Source of the DNA: Amphiscolops sp. MND2022
Lineage: Eukaryota
NCBI GenBank assembly: GCA_964187785.1
Contig: OZ076409.1
Coordinates: forward strand, 95,420,001 to 95,484,000
Direction: 5' to 3'
Length of the DNA stretch: 64,000 bases
The notes beneath the pieces are model-generated. The model was not told the DNA's origin, ran no database searches, and worked only from the letters and a program-made list of their open reading frames with translations. The position numbers and the translations under genes are program-made. Positions 13,001 to 25,000 of the stretch are shown here, piece by piece. How positions within the stretch are numbered: the first letter of the stretch is position 1; each line of letters begins with the position of its first letter.

Positions 13001-16000
13001 TTTTAGTATTTAGATTGTCATGGATTTTTCAGAAACAAAACCGGATGTAGTAAAGTGATTACATGTGAAAACTTTAAATCGGAAATCCTATTTTGCTCAA
13101 GATCATTTTTGGATATTTCACGTTGCGCTTCCGTTAATCCTTAGTTCGTGCTGTAGTTTAGACAAGGTAAGTTCAGTATTTTACTTAGCTTTGCTTAGGC
13201 CTTCCGTGCCCTCTCCCCCTTTTGAATCCCTGCACGCCACTGCAGCAAGAATAATCCCGACCGGGAGCGGGTCGTGACAGGGCCCCTCTGGCACGAAAAG
13301 CTGGCAGACCAGAGCAGTGAGGAAGTTCTTTCACTACTGTCACGGATTGTCTGATGTTCCTTTGTAGTTTTTTCGATGTGAAGCTGCTACCGCGTCCAGC
13401 TAGCGAGTAGAAGTCGTCCTCGTTAGGCTTCAAACCCCAGATGTCTTCCAATTCCTTTTCAGATGGTTCTTCTAAATCATTTAGCTTAGTCGTCTTCGGA
13501 GGGGGAACGTAATCTTCTTGGAACGTATTCGTCACCTCTCTCAGAGTGGGTGCGGGAGTTAGGCGGGGCATTTCATCAGACGACTCGAGTTCTTCATAAA
13601 AACTTGATTCAGAGTTTGTTATCGGCGGCCTTTCCACAGAGAATTCTTCTCTTTCTTCGTCACGTGTGGCTGAGAAAGTGATTCTTTTATACGGGGAGGG
13701 GCCGGACTCAAATGTCGACGCTGTTATGTCCATGCTGGATTCACTTCCCATTTTAGCCGTCGTTGATTCCTCGCTCAAATTGAGGGCTTGTACTACGTTT
13801 AAAGGGTAGTACTTGATTGGAGTACTCTGCTGCAACGGAGTGGCTTCTTCATCAGACGAAATGTCGATGATGGTTCGTTGATGAAAACTTTCCATTTCGA
13901 TAGTTTGGTAGAGATTTTTAGCTGAACAAGCTGTTCTTTGTAAAGTTATACGACAAATGACCGTTTGATGATCTTCTTTTCGTGCCTCGTGCTGCAATCC
14001 TATTGGTTGATTTTTTGTTTTCGTTTCGGTGCGACCTAATTCGGTGAGACGTTTCCTCTCCGCCTGCGCTGCGATTGGTTGTAGCTTTAGGAAAACTCTT
14101 CTAATTTAATATCTGTTTCCTTTTCGGTCATCGGTTCAATGACGTCATTCGTTTCTTTTAGGTAGAATAACGTCTATCTTTCGTAAATTTTAATTTGTTA
14201 AGCTTTTCTTCAGAACTTCCTGGTGAATTTTGATTCTTCTGTAGCATTTTTTGTGGGAACGTTTTGTCCCGTCGGTGCCGCAATGGGCTTTTACTGAAGT
14301 TAAAATATGTACATTTCTTTAATCACACAGGGATGATGTTGTTATTTTTTCTTTTCCAAAATTTTACGGGAGCACGACGTAGTTTTCTCCTTTTCTTTTC
14401 TTTGGTTATTTGTTTTCTTCTTTTTCAGATTCTCTTGAAGACTTCTGTAATCTTCCAAGTTATGGACGACACTGTTGTTCCTTCATCTGGTGCAGTCGCT
14501 GGTACTGTGAGTGGAAATGAGACAAATTTCTGCTATACCGATGATGATGTGGTTTTCTCAGATGTAGATGCTGTTATTACTTCTTCAGGTTGGTAAAATC
14601 TTTCTGACTTTCATGGGTATTTTGACTATTCTTTTGGTGATCAGCCTTTTGTAGTCTTTACCCGTAACCCTGACGCGTCAAACCAGATCTTGATTTTCAG
14701 TAGCTCAACCTGGCATCCCGGCAGTGACTGTTTCCGTGCCTGCTACGGGCGTATCTTCCACTGTTGTTAATGTTTTGCCGTCGGTTTCAACTATTCTGCC
14801 GCCCAAGTCTACTTGCAGCGTCAATGATGCGTTGACCAGTGTATTGTGTGCTTCCGGGGCTGTCGCTTCTTGCTCTGAGGTTTCTCCTCAAGTTGCCAAT
14901 ACTCTTCCCGAGACTAGTAGTCCTGTTACTCGCCTTGTTGTCGCTACTAGCAGCGATAGTGAGTCTCAAGGAGGTGAGACAGATCCCCCCAGCAAGAGGA
15001 AAACGGGTTGGTGAGGTTTGCTTTTGGCGTCATGTTTACGTCATGTAGGTGGTAGCACCAGAGTATATTTGATATTATAGTTCTGCGCGGAGATAATTCG
15101 GCTGACGCTGCTGCTGGTGACGTTACGCCTTCAAAACGTGGGAAGAAGGTTGTGTTATTGCCACCGTCTCCTCCACCATTGATGGATGCTGCTGGTAATT
15201 GGCTTAGTTAGTGTGTTGTTTTTCGCATTTGTTGTTTGGTTTGCCTCTATGGTGCTGGAAGAAAGAAAAAAAAGGGGGTAGTTTGTCGTATTTTGTCAGG
15301 AACTTTTCGGGTGGGGTGATACTCTCTCTGAGTTGTCATTGAACATCCGTTGTTGTTTCAGGTAACGATGAGGAGCAGCTGTATCGCTCTGGTGGTGTGA
15401 TGTTAAGTCCTCAGGACGTGGTTCGCCTTGGTCAACGACTAGTGGAAGAAGTGAAGGAGGGTACCAGTTTGGCTATCCAGAATGGTTAGTATTTTTGGTT
15501 TTCGGTTGAACGGTGTGTGTTCGGTGGCTACGCTGTTGCGGGCAGTTGTGTTATTCGGAGTTTGGGTTTCATCTGTGCGTCTATTTTTGTATTTTGTTTT
15601 ACAGAGTTGCAGGAGTTCAGCGGAAGGGTCGAGAAAAAATTGACGAAGAAAGTGGTGAAGACGTATGGTAGTCGCAACATACTTCATCGTCGGATGTTGA
15701 GTCGTCATCCCGCCTTCCCTGACTTTGTGACGGGCTCCAAGAAGGGTGTGGGAACCCACTTCAATTGTCGAGTCTGTCAACGTGATGTAGCCATGAGGTC
15801 TCAGGGCGTTGGCGAATTCAGGAGGCATTTCCAGTCAGATGCCCATTGGTTCAAGGACGTAACTTATCGCGTTCATATGGGGTTGCAGGTTTTGAACCGA
15901 TTGATGGAACCCATGGAATTGTCAGAGAGACAGCTGGCGGATTATAAGTCGCGGCCATTTTGTGACCTGGGTGAAGAGTACCCATTTCCAGAAGACTTGG

Positions 16001-19000
16001 TTCCCAAGCACTCTAAGCCTGATTCAAATGTGCCCTTCATGACCTTGGTTTCCTGCTTTTGCGAGTTTCTTCGTAATGGTGGCGACTTCGACTATCTTCG
16101 TCGTCTGTGGGGCCATTTTTGTGCGACTTTGGGCGAACGGGAGCCGTGTTTTCCTTTGCGTTGGAGCCGTTCGGAGACTGTGGTTAGTCTGTTGTTTTCT
16201 CTTCTTTTTCGTTTCTTTGCTTCTTTTTATGTCAGTTTAATTTCGTAGTTTGTTCGTGTGGGGGAGGGATGATGATTTCCAGTAATTTGGGAGTGAGGTC
16301 TGTTGTACGTATTTTAGTCGTTTCTTTGTCAAGGACTGGCCCCTCGGGTTCTTTGGCTGATGATTAGCGACATCAAGGCCTTTAAGGAGTACGGGGTGCA
16401 ATTTGAGAAGTCTGGTCATGTCGAACGGTGTTATGTTCTGTGCTGGGACGGGCTTGTTTTGAAAAAGATTTGTGTGGGCAATGAGACTCTCGACCAAAGG
16501 ATGCCTGCCCCCGAATTGCTTCCGTTGGCCCGAGTTGTGAACTGTTTGGAGGGGCAACAGATGCCCGTATCTATTTGTGGTGCCAGTCCTTCGCTGTTTC
16601 GGGTGCTGGACGCAGGGAGAACTGATGATCGTCGCTTTGTGTCTTTGCAATCCTTTGATGAAGAGATGTTTTTGCGGTGCTTTCGCCAAGCTCACCAGGA
16701 TATTTTCGGAATGATTGAGATAACAACAGCAGTGGAGTATATAATCCATCGGTTGAAAGGGGCTCTGTATGAAGACTGGAGCGAGGACAAGCCTCTTCTG
16801 CGTGCAGCCATACGTGCGGGTTCTGTGGCCTTTTGCGACTTGCGGGAGATCTTAAGTGATCTGATTGAGCTGTGGCCTTCCATACGTCCCTTCATTCGGT
16901 ACACGGGACATCCGCATTTCAAGAGTACTGTTGATCGGGTGAGTGCTGTTATATTGTAATTTTCTTGGTTGTTTTTCCGTTCGATCTTCGTGTTTCCGTG
17001 TTTTTTTTCTTTTTTTTTCAGTTATAGTTGCTTGTCTTCTTCTTTTTGCTATTTGATATTGATGGTGTGTTATTTATTTCAGTTGCGTGGTACGGACTTC
17101 GAGTTGGTCTCCGACAGTCTCATTGTGCATCGCTTTGGCTTCCTTCGGCTGCTGTTGGATTCTTGTAAGTACGAAGACGTTTCGTTAGGAGTATGGTCTT
17201 TCAATTGGCAGTTGTCTTTTGTTGATTGGCTTTCTTTATTGTGTTGGTGCTATTGCGTTCAATTTCTGTTGATTGCTGTGTCCTGGAGGCAAGATGTGTT
17301 TTTGTTGACGAGCGTTTTTCGTTTTAGATTACTTCAACTTTGAGAAGCTTCGTCAAGGCCGTAAAGATTACGCCTTCCATGGTTACGGCGAGGTCTGTAA
17401 CTTTGTTTATTGCCTCCTGATGCGGACTCGCAAGTTGTCCAGTTTGCCTGGGATACATGAGTGGGAGAGTTATATGGATGTTTCTAAACTCTCTGGATTC
17501 GATGAGATTTCTATGAGCGAATTCTTAATGGATAGTGAGTTTGGGCGAGGGTTGTCTGCAATCAAGACGGGCGACGTGCAAGATTTTCGTGTGAAGTGTC
17601 GTGAATGTATCGATCGTGTTGTCTCACTAATTGTGTCAAGCACTGCTGTTACTTCTGGTATTTCTCGCGGACTCTACAGCTTCTGTCCTGAAATTATGTT
17701 GGAGGGCGATGATCTTCACATATTCGAATTGTTTGGTTCCCTCTGTGATTTGTTGAGATCTTGTCGCGTTATGACACCGGACGATTTGAATGCTGCTTCT
17801 GCTGAGTTTAAAAGTTATGTCATTGAGAAACGACGACATCACGAGGATGCTACGTGTGCTGCGAGTGACATTGATGATGTCATTAGTTTCCTGTTGCGGG
17901 ATTTTGCATTTCAGTCCCGAGTCCACGTATTTCGGCTATTCAAGTTATGTTGCCTTTTCGTTGGATTGCCGAAGAGTGACCCTCCTGCTGTGACGATAGA
18001 TTTGGGTGGTAGCGCGCTGAAGTCGTCTGTTCTGCAAGAGTGCATTTTGATGGTGCAATCCCATATTATCGGGCCTAGTTTTAATGCTCGGTTATTCTTT
18101 TCTGGTTCACTCCTGTCCGCTATCCGTGATGCTCTTGTGAATGCTGGCGACTTCTTCAGGGTTACTGACTTTGACGTGTGGAGGGATTTCTGCGTGGGCG
18201 ATATGGATGCGTTCATTAAACATTATGAATCGCTGTATTGTCGTCATGTCTTGGAGCGACGGAAGGAGTGCGAGGCGTTTTATGTGGAGTCGAACAAGGC
18301 GAATCGAAGTGCTCGCGAAAGACAGTGTTCCAGTTCAACCGAGGTTGGAAGTGTGGCGAGTTCTGCTGCTAGTTCGAGGAAGTCGACCAATAAGCCATCG
18401 GTTACAAAATTTGTGAAGGCGGATGTGCCCGTTGTTCGTCCGGCTGTTAAAGGTAGCGATAAAGGAAGTGTAGCAGCTTCGTCAAAACAGAGCAGGGCTA
18501 GTGGTTCAAAGGGGTCGAAGAAGAACAAAAAAGGTGATATCTATGATCCAGACGTCGTTCACAAACTGGGAAAGCCTTCAAACAGATAATGCTATGATAT
18601 CGTTGATTTGATGTTGAGTTGTTTCTTGATGCTTTATTTATTTATTTGGCTCTGCCTTGTGTGATGCTTTGATTTATTCTTTCGGGGCACCTTGGTTGTC
18701 CAATTGTCTTGCGTAGCTTAGTTATGAGTTGAAAATTTACCGTTGCCACACCGGTTCGGTTTGGTTCTCTGATCGTTTTTATTTAGTTTTGAGGTTGAGA
18801 ATTCTCTTCCGTAGTGATAGCGTCAAGCATCCGAAAATCAGGATGTGCATTAGGTCTAGGATTAGGTCGTAGGTTATATCTTCCCGTTTTTCTAGGATTG
18901 TATCCGACAACTATAGGCGGCAATGTAGGCGGTATTGGGGGACTTTCTGTAGGCGGCGGGGTCATTATGAAAGGGTTATCACTGACGTCTAAGTTGAGTG

Positions 19001-22000
19001 ACGTGTTGTCTCCGGAAGATGTTTTATCCATCATTGTATTCTCATCTGCAGTTGTTGTAACTGTTTTATGGTCCGTTGTATCTCCGTCTTCAGTTTGTAC
19101 TTCCGTGATAGTAGCTTCTTCATTGTCGTTTTCCGTTGGGGTTCCGAACAGAACTTCTCCGAATTCGGTTTCCCAAGCTTGCGCGTACCAATCATCGTGG
19201 GTTGTTTTAACCTCGGGATCTGGAAGCTGATCTTCCACTTTGACTGTTACGTCAGGTACTCGCTGATTGGGCGCATATAGCCTTAGGCGAATTCTATGGA
19301 GGGTTTGCGTATATCTAGTTCCTGTCCGTCTTACGACGTAATTGTTATTGGAAAGGACTTTGACCACTATATATGGTCCTGTCCAAATGCAATCTTTGAA
19401 AGCGAATTTTATTGACTGGTTATCAGCCTTCGGGTTCAGGACGTAGCAATAGTCATTGATTTTCAATGGCGTTGCTGTCGCTTTTTTATCATAATATCGC
19501 TTATACTTCAAATATGATTGCATGAGGTTGTCCTTGGCTGACTGGTGGATTTCAGCGATTTGCTTTTGTAATTCGTCTGTTAGGTCTTCGTTGGCATCTT
19601 TGTTCCATTCTGGCTTGAGTCCCAGCTTGATGTCCAGAATGTTGTACGGGATGCGTCCGTGAAATACGGTTGTTGGTTCACATCCTAGGCTCTCGTGGTA
19701 GCTAGTGTTGTAATTCATGACTGCAATTTGTACGTATTTGTGCCACATTGAACGGCGTTCTCCCGTTGATATCTTGAGGGAAGTCCTTAGAGATGCATGC
19801 GTTCTTTCGAGTATGCCGATTGTTTGTGCATGCTTTGTTGACGCGTGGCTGATCCGGATGTCAAGTGTCTGTGCAATTTGATTTACTACATCTGATCGGA
19901 ATTGTGATCCTTTATCAGTCAGAATCACTGTAGGCAGATAACAATGACGCGTCATAACGTCAATTATGCATCGTCCGACTGTTCTGGCTGTCATGTCTTG
20001 AGTGGGGTATGCGAATAAATAACGGGAGAAAACGTCCATCATGGTTATGATGTGATTGTAACCGTTTGATGAGGGTAGATTTGGTAGTATATCGACTTCT
20101 AGACAATCTTCTGGTCCGAATGTGAATTCTGTGTTACTCAGCATTTTAGGACGTATTTGGCGCGTGTCGATTCGTTTGTTGGCTATGCAATCTGGGCAGT
20201 TGATTACCCAGGCTCTAATTTTCCGCGCTAGTCCCGGATAGTAGTACTTTGCTCGACTTTCCTGAATCATTTTGGTTATTCCTGGGTGTTTGTTCATTTT
20301 TCCATGTAGCGTCGATAGGAGTTCTGGTACTATATGTTTTGGTATGAGGATATGGTGATGTGTTACTGTGCCATCTTCTCCGTAGTATTTACGCATGAGT
20401 ACTCCGTCTTTGACTATTATTCTTTCTTCGTGACGTAGTAGGTTTCGTCCTCTGGGTTCTGTCTTGAGAAGGTGTTTGTCGTATTCTTCGTGAAGCAGCC
20501 GTAGTTTCAGTGCTTTCAATATCGGGTCTGCGTCCTGTTCGTTGCGGATGCGGGCGTTTTCCTTGATGGCTCCAAAGGCGTATACTGCTGAGTTGAGAGG
20601 TATGTGCACTGTTTCAGTGACTTCCGTTGTCAAGTTTTGTTGTTCCTTTTCGTCTATTGCTCGTTGTTTGCTAAGGGCTTTCCTGGCGAAAATTTCTTGT
20701 TCTGATTCCTCTTCTTCGTCTGGTAGGAAAAAGAGTTGTTCTTCGTCCGCAACATCTGTAGACTGTAGGTTAACCTCGATAGGTGCCGTTATGATGTCGT
20801 CTCGCAATTTGAGTTGGATTCTCTCTTTTGGAGTTAATTCGAGGCGAGACAGGAAGTCGGCTGCTGTATTCTGCGAGCCAGCTACGTGCATGATGCGGAA
20901 TTTGAACTGGAGTACGTAGTCACAGGCATTCCAGAGAGCGGGTGGCGTTGTTTTCGTCTGGAAAAATCTCGTTACTGATCTGTTGTCTGTCAGTACTAGT
21001 GTAGGTAGTGTTGTTTCCCAGAGAATGTGACTATATTCAAGGAATGCATGATATATTGCGAGGAATTCCTTACAGTATATCGACATCTTCAGTTGTGACG
21101 GCGAGAATACGCGGGAACCAAAAGCGACCGGTGGGAAAGTTTTCCGTTTGGAGAGTAGCTTTTTATCGTCGTTTTCTTCTATCATTAGGGCGTAACCTGA
21201 TGCTCGGAAGCTTGCGTCGGTCATTAGTACGTATTCTTTTCCCGCAACTGGTTGTCTGAGGGCTAATCCACATGCTTCCACTAGGCTTGCGTTGATGGCT
21301 TTGAAATTGTTGACTAATTCTTCTGATATGGTGATTTTGGCATCTGCTTTTAGGAGTTCATACATTCCAATCATTTTTTCGGACAGTCTTGGTATGTAGT
21401 TTCTGTAGTAATTGATGAATCTAATGTATTTCTGGATTTGTTTCTTTGACCGGGGAAATCTGATTTTTGATAAGAAGTTGGTGATTTTGTGTTCTTGCGG
21501 TGCTACTCCGTGGGGTGTGATGGTTCTTCCTAGGAATTCGATTTGGGTGACACCAAAGTGGCATTTTTCGATTGTGAGTTTTAGTCCTGCCTTGCGGATG
21601 CATTTGAAGACTGCTCTGATGTTCTTGATGAGTTGTTCCGTTGTGTTGGCGGCGATTCCGATGTCGTCCACATATTGGGCACACTGGTCTGCTTTGATGA
21701 CGGTGTCAAGGTATTCCCGCATGAAGCTCGAAAAGGCTGACAAGGCTCTACTAAGGCCTTGGGCTAGCCTACGATAGGCAAACGTTCTACTAGCAAAATT
21801 AAATGCAAGGAGTTCTACTGACCTTTGATCTGCCATTTGGAGGCAGTGATAGGCTTGTGAGCAATCTAGTTTGCAGAACAGCTGCTTCCCCGCTAGGTGT
21901 TGTGCGGCATCTGAGAGGGTGCTGATGGGGTGGTTGTTGTTTATGTAGTCATCTGAGATGAGGGCGTTGATTTTCCGTAAGTCTACTAGGAGCCGTAGTT

Positions 22001-25000
22001 TTCCATTGGGTTTGCGTTGCGCGAAGATGGGGCTGGCATATTTCGAGAATGGGAGGGTTGTGATGATCCCGTATTTGTGCATCAGTGCCAATTCTACTGT
22101 GAGGTCGTCTTTGAGGTTGATGGGTACGGGGAGACTCTGTGTATATACCGGTTTGTCGTTTTTGGGAGTTAGGCATACCTTGAACTGGTTGTTCATTCCG
22201 ATATCCAGTCGGTGACGTGCAAAAATGTCATTGAATTCGACTAGTGTGGACTCTAGGTTTTCACGGTCTTCTCCCGTTATTAGTGAATCATTCCATTTGA
22301 ATAGCGAGAGGAATTGTGTTCTAGATTTTTCGTCTTGTTTGGGGTCCAGTTCTTCTAGTCTTTGTAGTTCGCGTAGTTCTCGTAGAATGCGTTGTTGGAT
22401 GGGTGTGTGTTCCGATTCATCTCTGGGATTTTCAGGAGTTGGGAACCAGAATTTCTCTTCTGTTTGTTCTGACGAATCAACTTGCATCAGTGCATTAACG
22501 TACGCAACAGCATCGTCATGTTCGGTAAGTAGATTGAGGGCTGCTATGTCTACTGCTCGTATCAGTTTCGTTTCTTCAGGTTTCAGTATTTGTAATTCTG
22601 CTAGTTTCGTATGTGGCGTTATTGTATAGGGGAAATCTGTGGTGTTCGCTATTTTTATCGCAACTCGTTTATCTCGGGCTGTTGTTATTGCTGGGGCTAC
22701 TATGAGTTTTGCATTTTCGTCGAATTGTGGTAAAGGTTGGACTGTTCCAGTTATTGAGTGGTCATTGCTTGTGGTGATGGAGGCGTGGATGATCCGTGTG
22801 GCTTGGGCTGGTATGGTGTGTTTTTCTTCCGTTTTGATAGTGATGGGTTTGGGATTGCACTTCTGTCTTTCATCTTTTAGGGCTAGAGTGATTTGTATTT
22901 TGGGAAAGTCTATTGTTCCTTGTGCAGTATCTAGGATTGCGGAATGTTTCCGGAGGAATGCCAGGCCAATGATTGGGTAAGATGTTTTGGTCATGATGAT
23001 GAAAGTCTCCTCGAACGCGTAATCCCCGATTTTGAATTGCATCGTGTATGTTGCCCGGGCTTTTTCGAGTTCTGTGTTGGCATATTGTATCTTGAAAGGG
23101 GGCGGAGGTGCCTTCGCGATTATGGTTGCGTTGGCTTCAGTTTGTATCTTGTCTGCATCTCTTTCACTGATGACATTGATGTAGGCTCCCGAGTCGACTA
23201 ATGCATCAATTCTAGTGTTTTCAAAGTCGAGAGGAATAAAGAGCATTCTTTTCTTCTTTTTGAGGGTGATTGCCGACATTAACGGAATGTAGTCGTCATC
23301 TTTATCATGTTGTATGAATTCTTTTATGATGTTGAGATCGTATGGCAGTTGTTGTGGGCATTCCGTTACTTCGTCGTCTTCATGATTGTTGTTCTGGTTT
23401 GGCCATTCAGATGCTGTTGTTGGGGGTGATACTATTTGGTCGGCTACTCCACGTTGTTCTTTTGCTTGTTGTGACCATATTGTTTTATCCTCAATGCAGA
23501 TAATATTCTCTGCATCTATTGGTGTGGACGTGGTGGTGACAGGTGTTGGCGAGGACTGTGTTGTCTTTTTTAGGATTGGTGACAAAGGTGTTGGTAGGGT
23601 TGTACTCTCGGTGACTTGAGCTTGAGGATTTGAAACTTGGATCTTAAAAGAGAGTTTGTTTGTGTCATAGATGGCTGGTTCACCCCAGGGATCACATCTA
23701 TAGTCTTTATCATATATGTAAATGCGTTCGGTTTTTGATTCTGGTAAGGGTCTTTTTAGTGTCGCGTAGTTATCGGGCGATTCTGTTATCCATTGGGGTA
23801 GTGGTGTTGGGTCTTCTGGGTGTCGTGCATTGTGTCTAAGTATCATGCCTACGTTCCAACGACGTTGCCAGTCCTGTGTTGGTTCTTCATTGCATTCCGT
23901 CATGAAGTCTTCTTCGTAGTGATTGGGGGGGTCTTCTATTGTGTACGCCCTCGCGTCTACCGTTTCCCCGAAGCGGAGGCGCGGCGTCTTCAGTTTTTTG
24001 GCTGGATTTCAACAGTGGGGATTGGTTGTTCACTGATTTGGTTGGTAGGGATTGTGAATTCATGACGTTTCTTCCGAGGGTCATTCGCCGCGTTAGCTCC
24101 GTACCAGCAGTTCTCGGTTTTGTGGAGCTTTCCGCAAGTGTCGCACTTTGGTTTAGGTGGTTCAATGGTTTTGGGGACGCCGTTCTGTGCTTTAGTTTCG
24201 TAGTAACGATCTTTTCTTAATTTACGGCATTGTGCTTTATAATGCCCCTGTTTGCCACAGTGGGAGCAACTTCCTCGTTGGGTGAGTTCCTTTTTTGGTT
24301 CCGGTGGGACGACGTCGACCGTATTTAGTGGTACTAGTGTGGTTTCGTCTGGGGCTCCCAGGCCATTAAGGCGCATCTCTCGTTCGAGATGTAGGACAAT
24401 ATCATTATAGGGTTTGTCCTCGAGGTAGGCTCGGTTGAGGATCTTTTTGACGTGGTCTGGCATTTTGGCGTATATGGCCTTGTCTATAAATTTTTGTGCT
24501 TCAGAGCCGAACGCTTCTTTAGCCGTTTTTTGCAGTGTATCCAAGAATTCATGTAATTTTTGTTTGGTTGGGTCAAAATGTAGCGAGTCCCATTCGCATC
24601 TCGCTTTGGCAGAAGATTGAAAGTCTCCGAAGCGCCGTTTAAACGCCGTAATTACTTCCTCTAAGTTATCTTTTTTGGCATCGTCTAAGTTGCAGTATGC
24701 TTGTAGTGCATTGCCTCGTAGTAGTGAGTGGAAGTAGTTGATTTTTTGGATTTCCGTTAGATGTGGGTACATTTTTATGTTGTTCCGGAATAAGTCCTCG
24801 AAAAGTTCGAATTTTTCTGACTTACCATCGAATACAGGCAATGATGCAGTGAGTGCTTTGGGCATTGGGGGTAGGTGGGGCGGCTGGTGTATTTCCGGTT
24901 GGGGAGCGAAGAGTAGTCGTGATGTCGAAGGCCGTTCGTTGGGTGGCAAACTTTGTGGGCGGTGCGGTCGTGTTTTCTTCTTTCCGAGGTTCGTTGAGTC

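Noticed and set aside
15517..18589. Four separate plus-strand ORFs (243, 199, 124 and 389 aa) as independent genes
   Set aside because: They are exons of one gene; their hydrophobic ends are translated T-rich intron sequence.
13185..18589. env gene in the post-pol region
   Set aside because: No signal peptide, furin site plus fusion peptide, or transmembrane anchor in either accessory product.
14200..18780. Nested autonomous hAT transposon
   Set aside because: No TIRs or 8-bp TSD were seen by eye and the catalytic residues are absent while the frame is intact. Not fully excluded without other copies.
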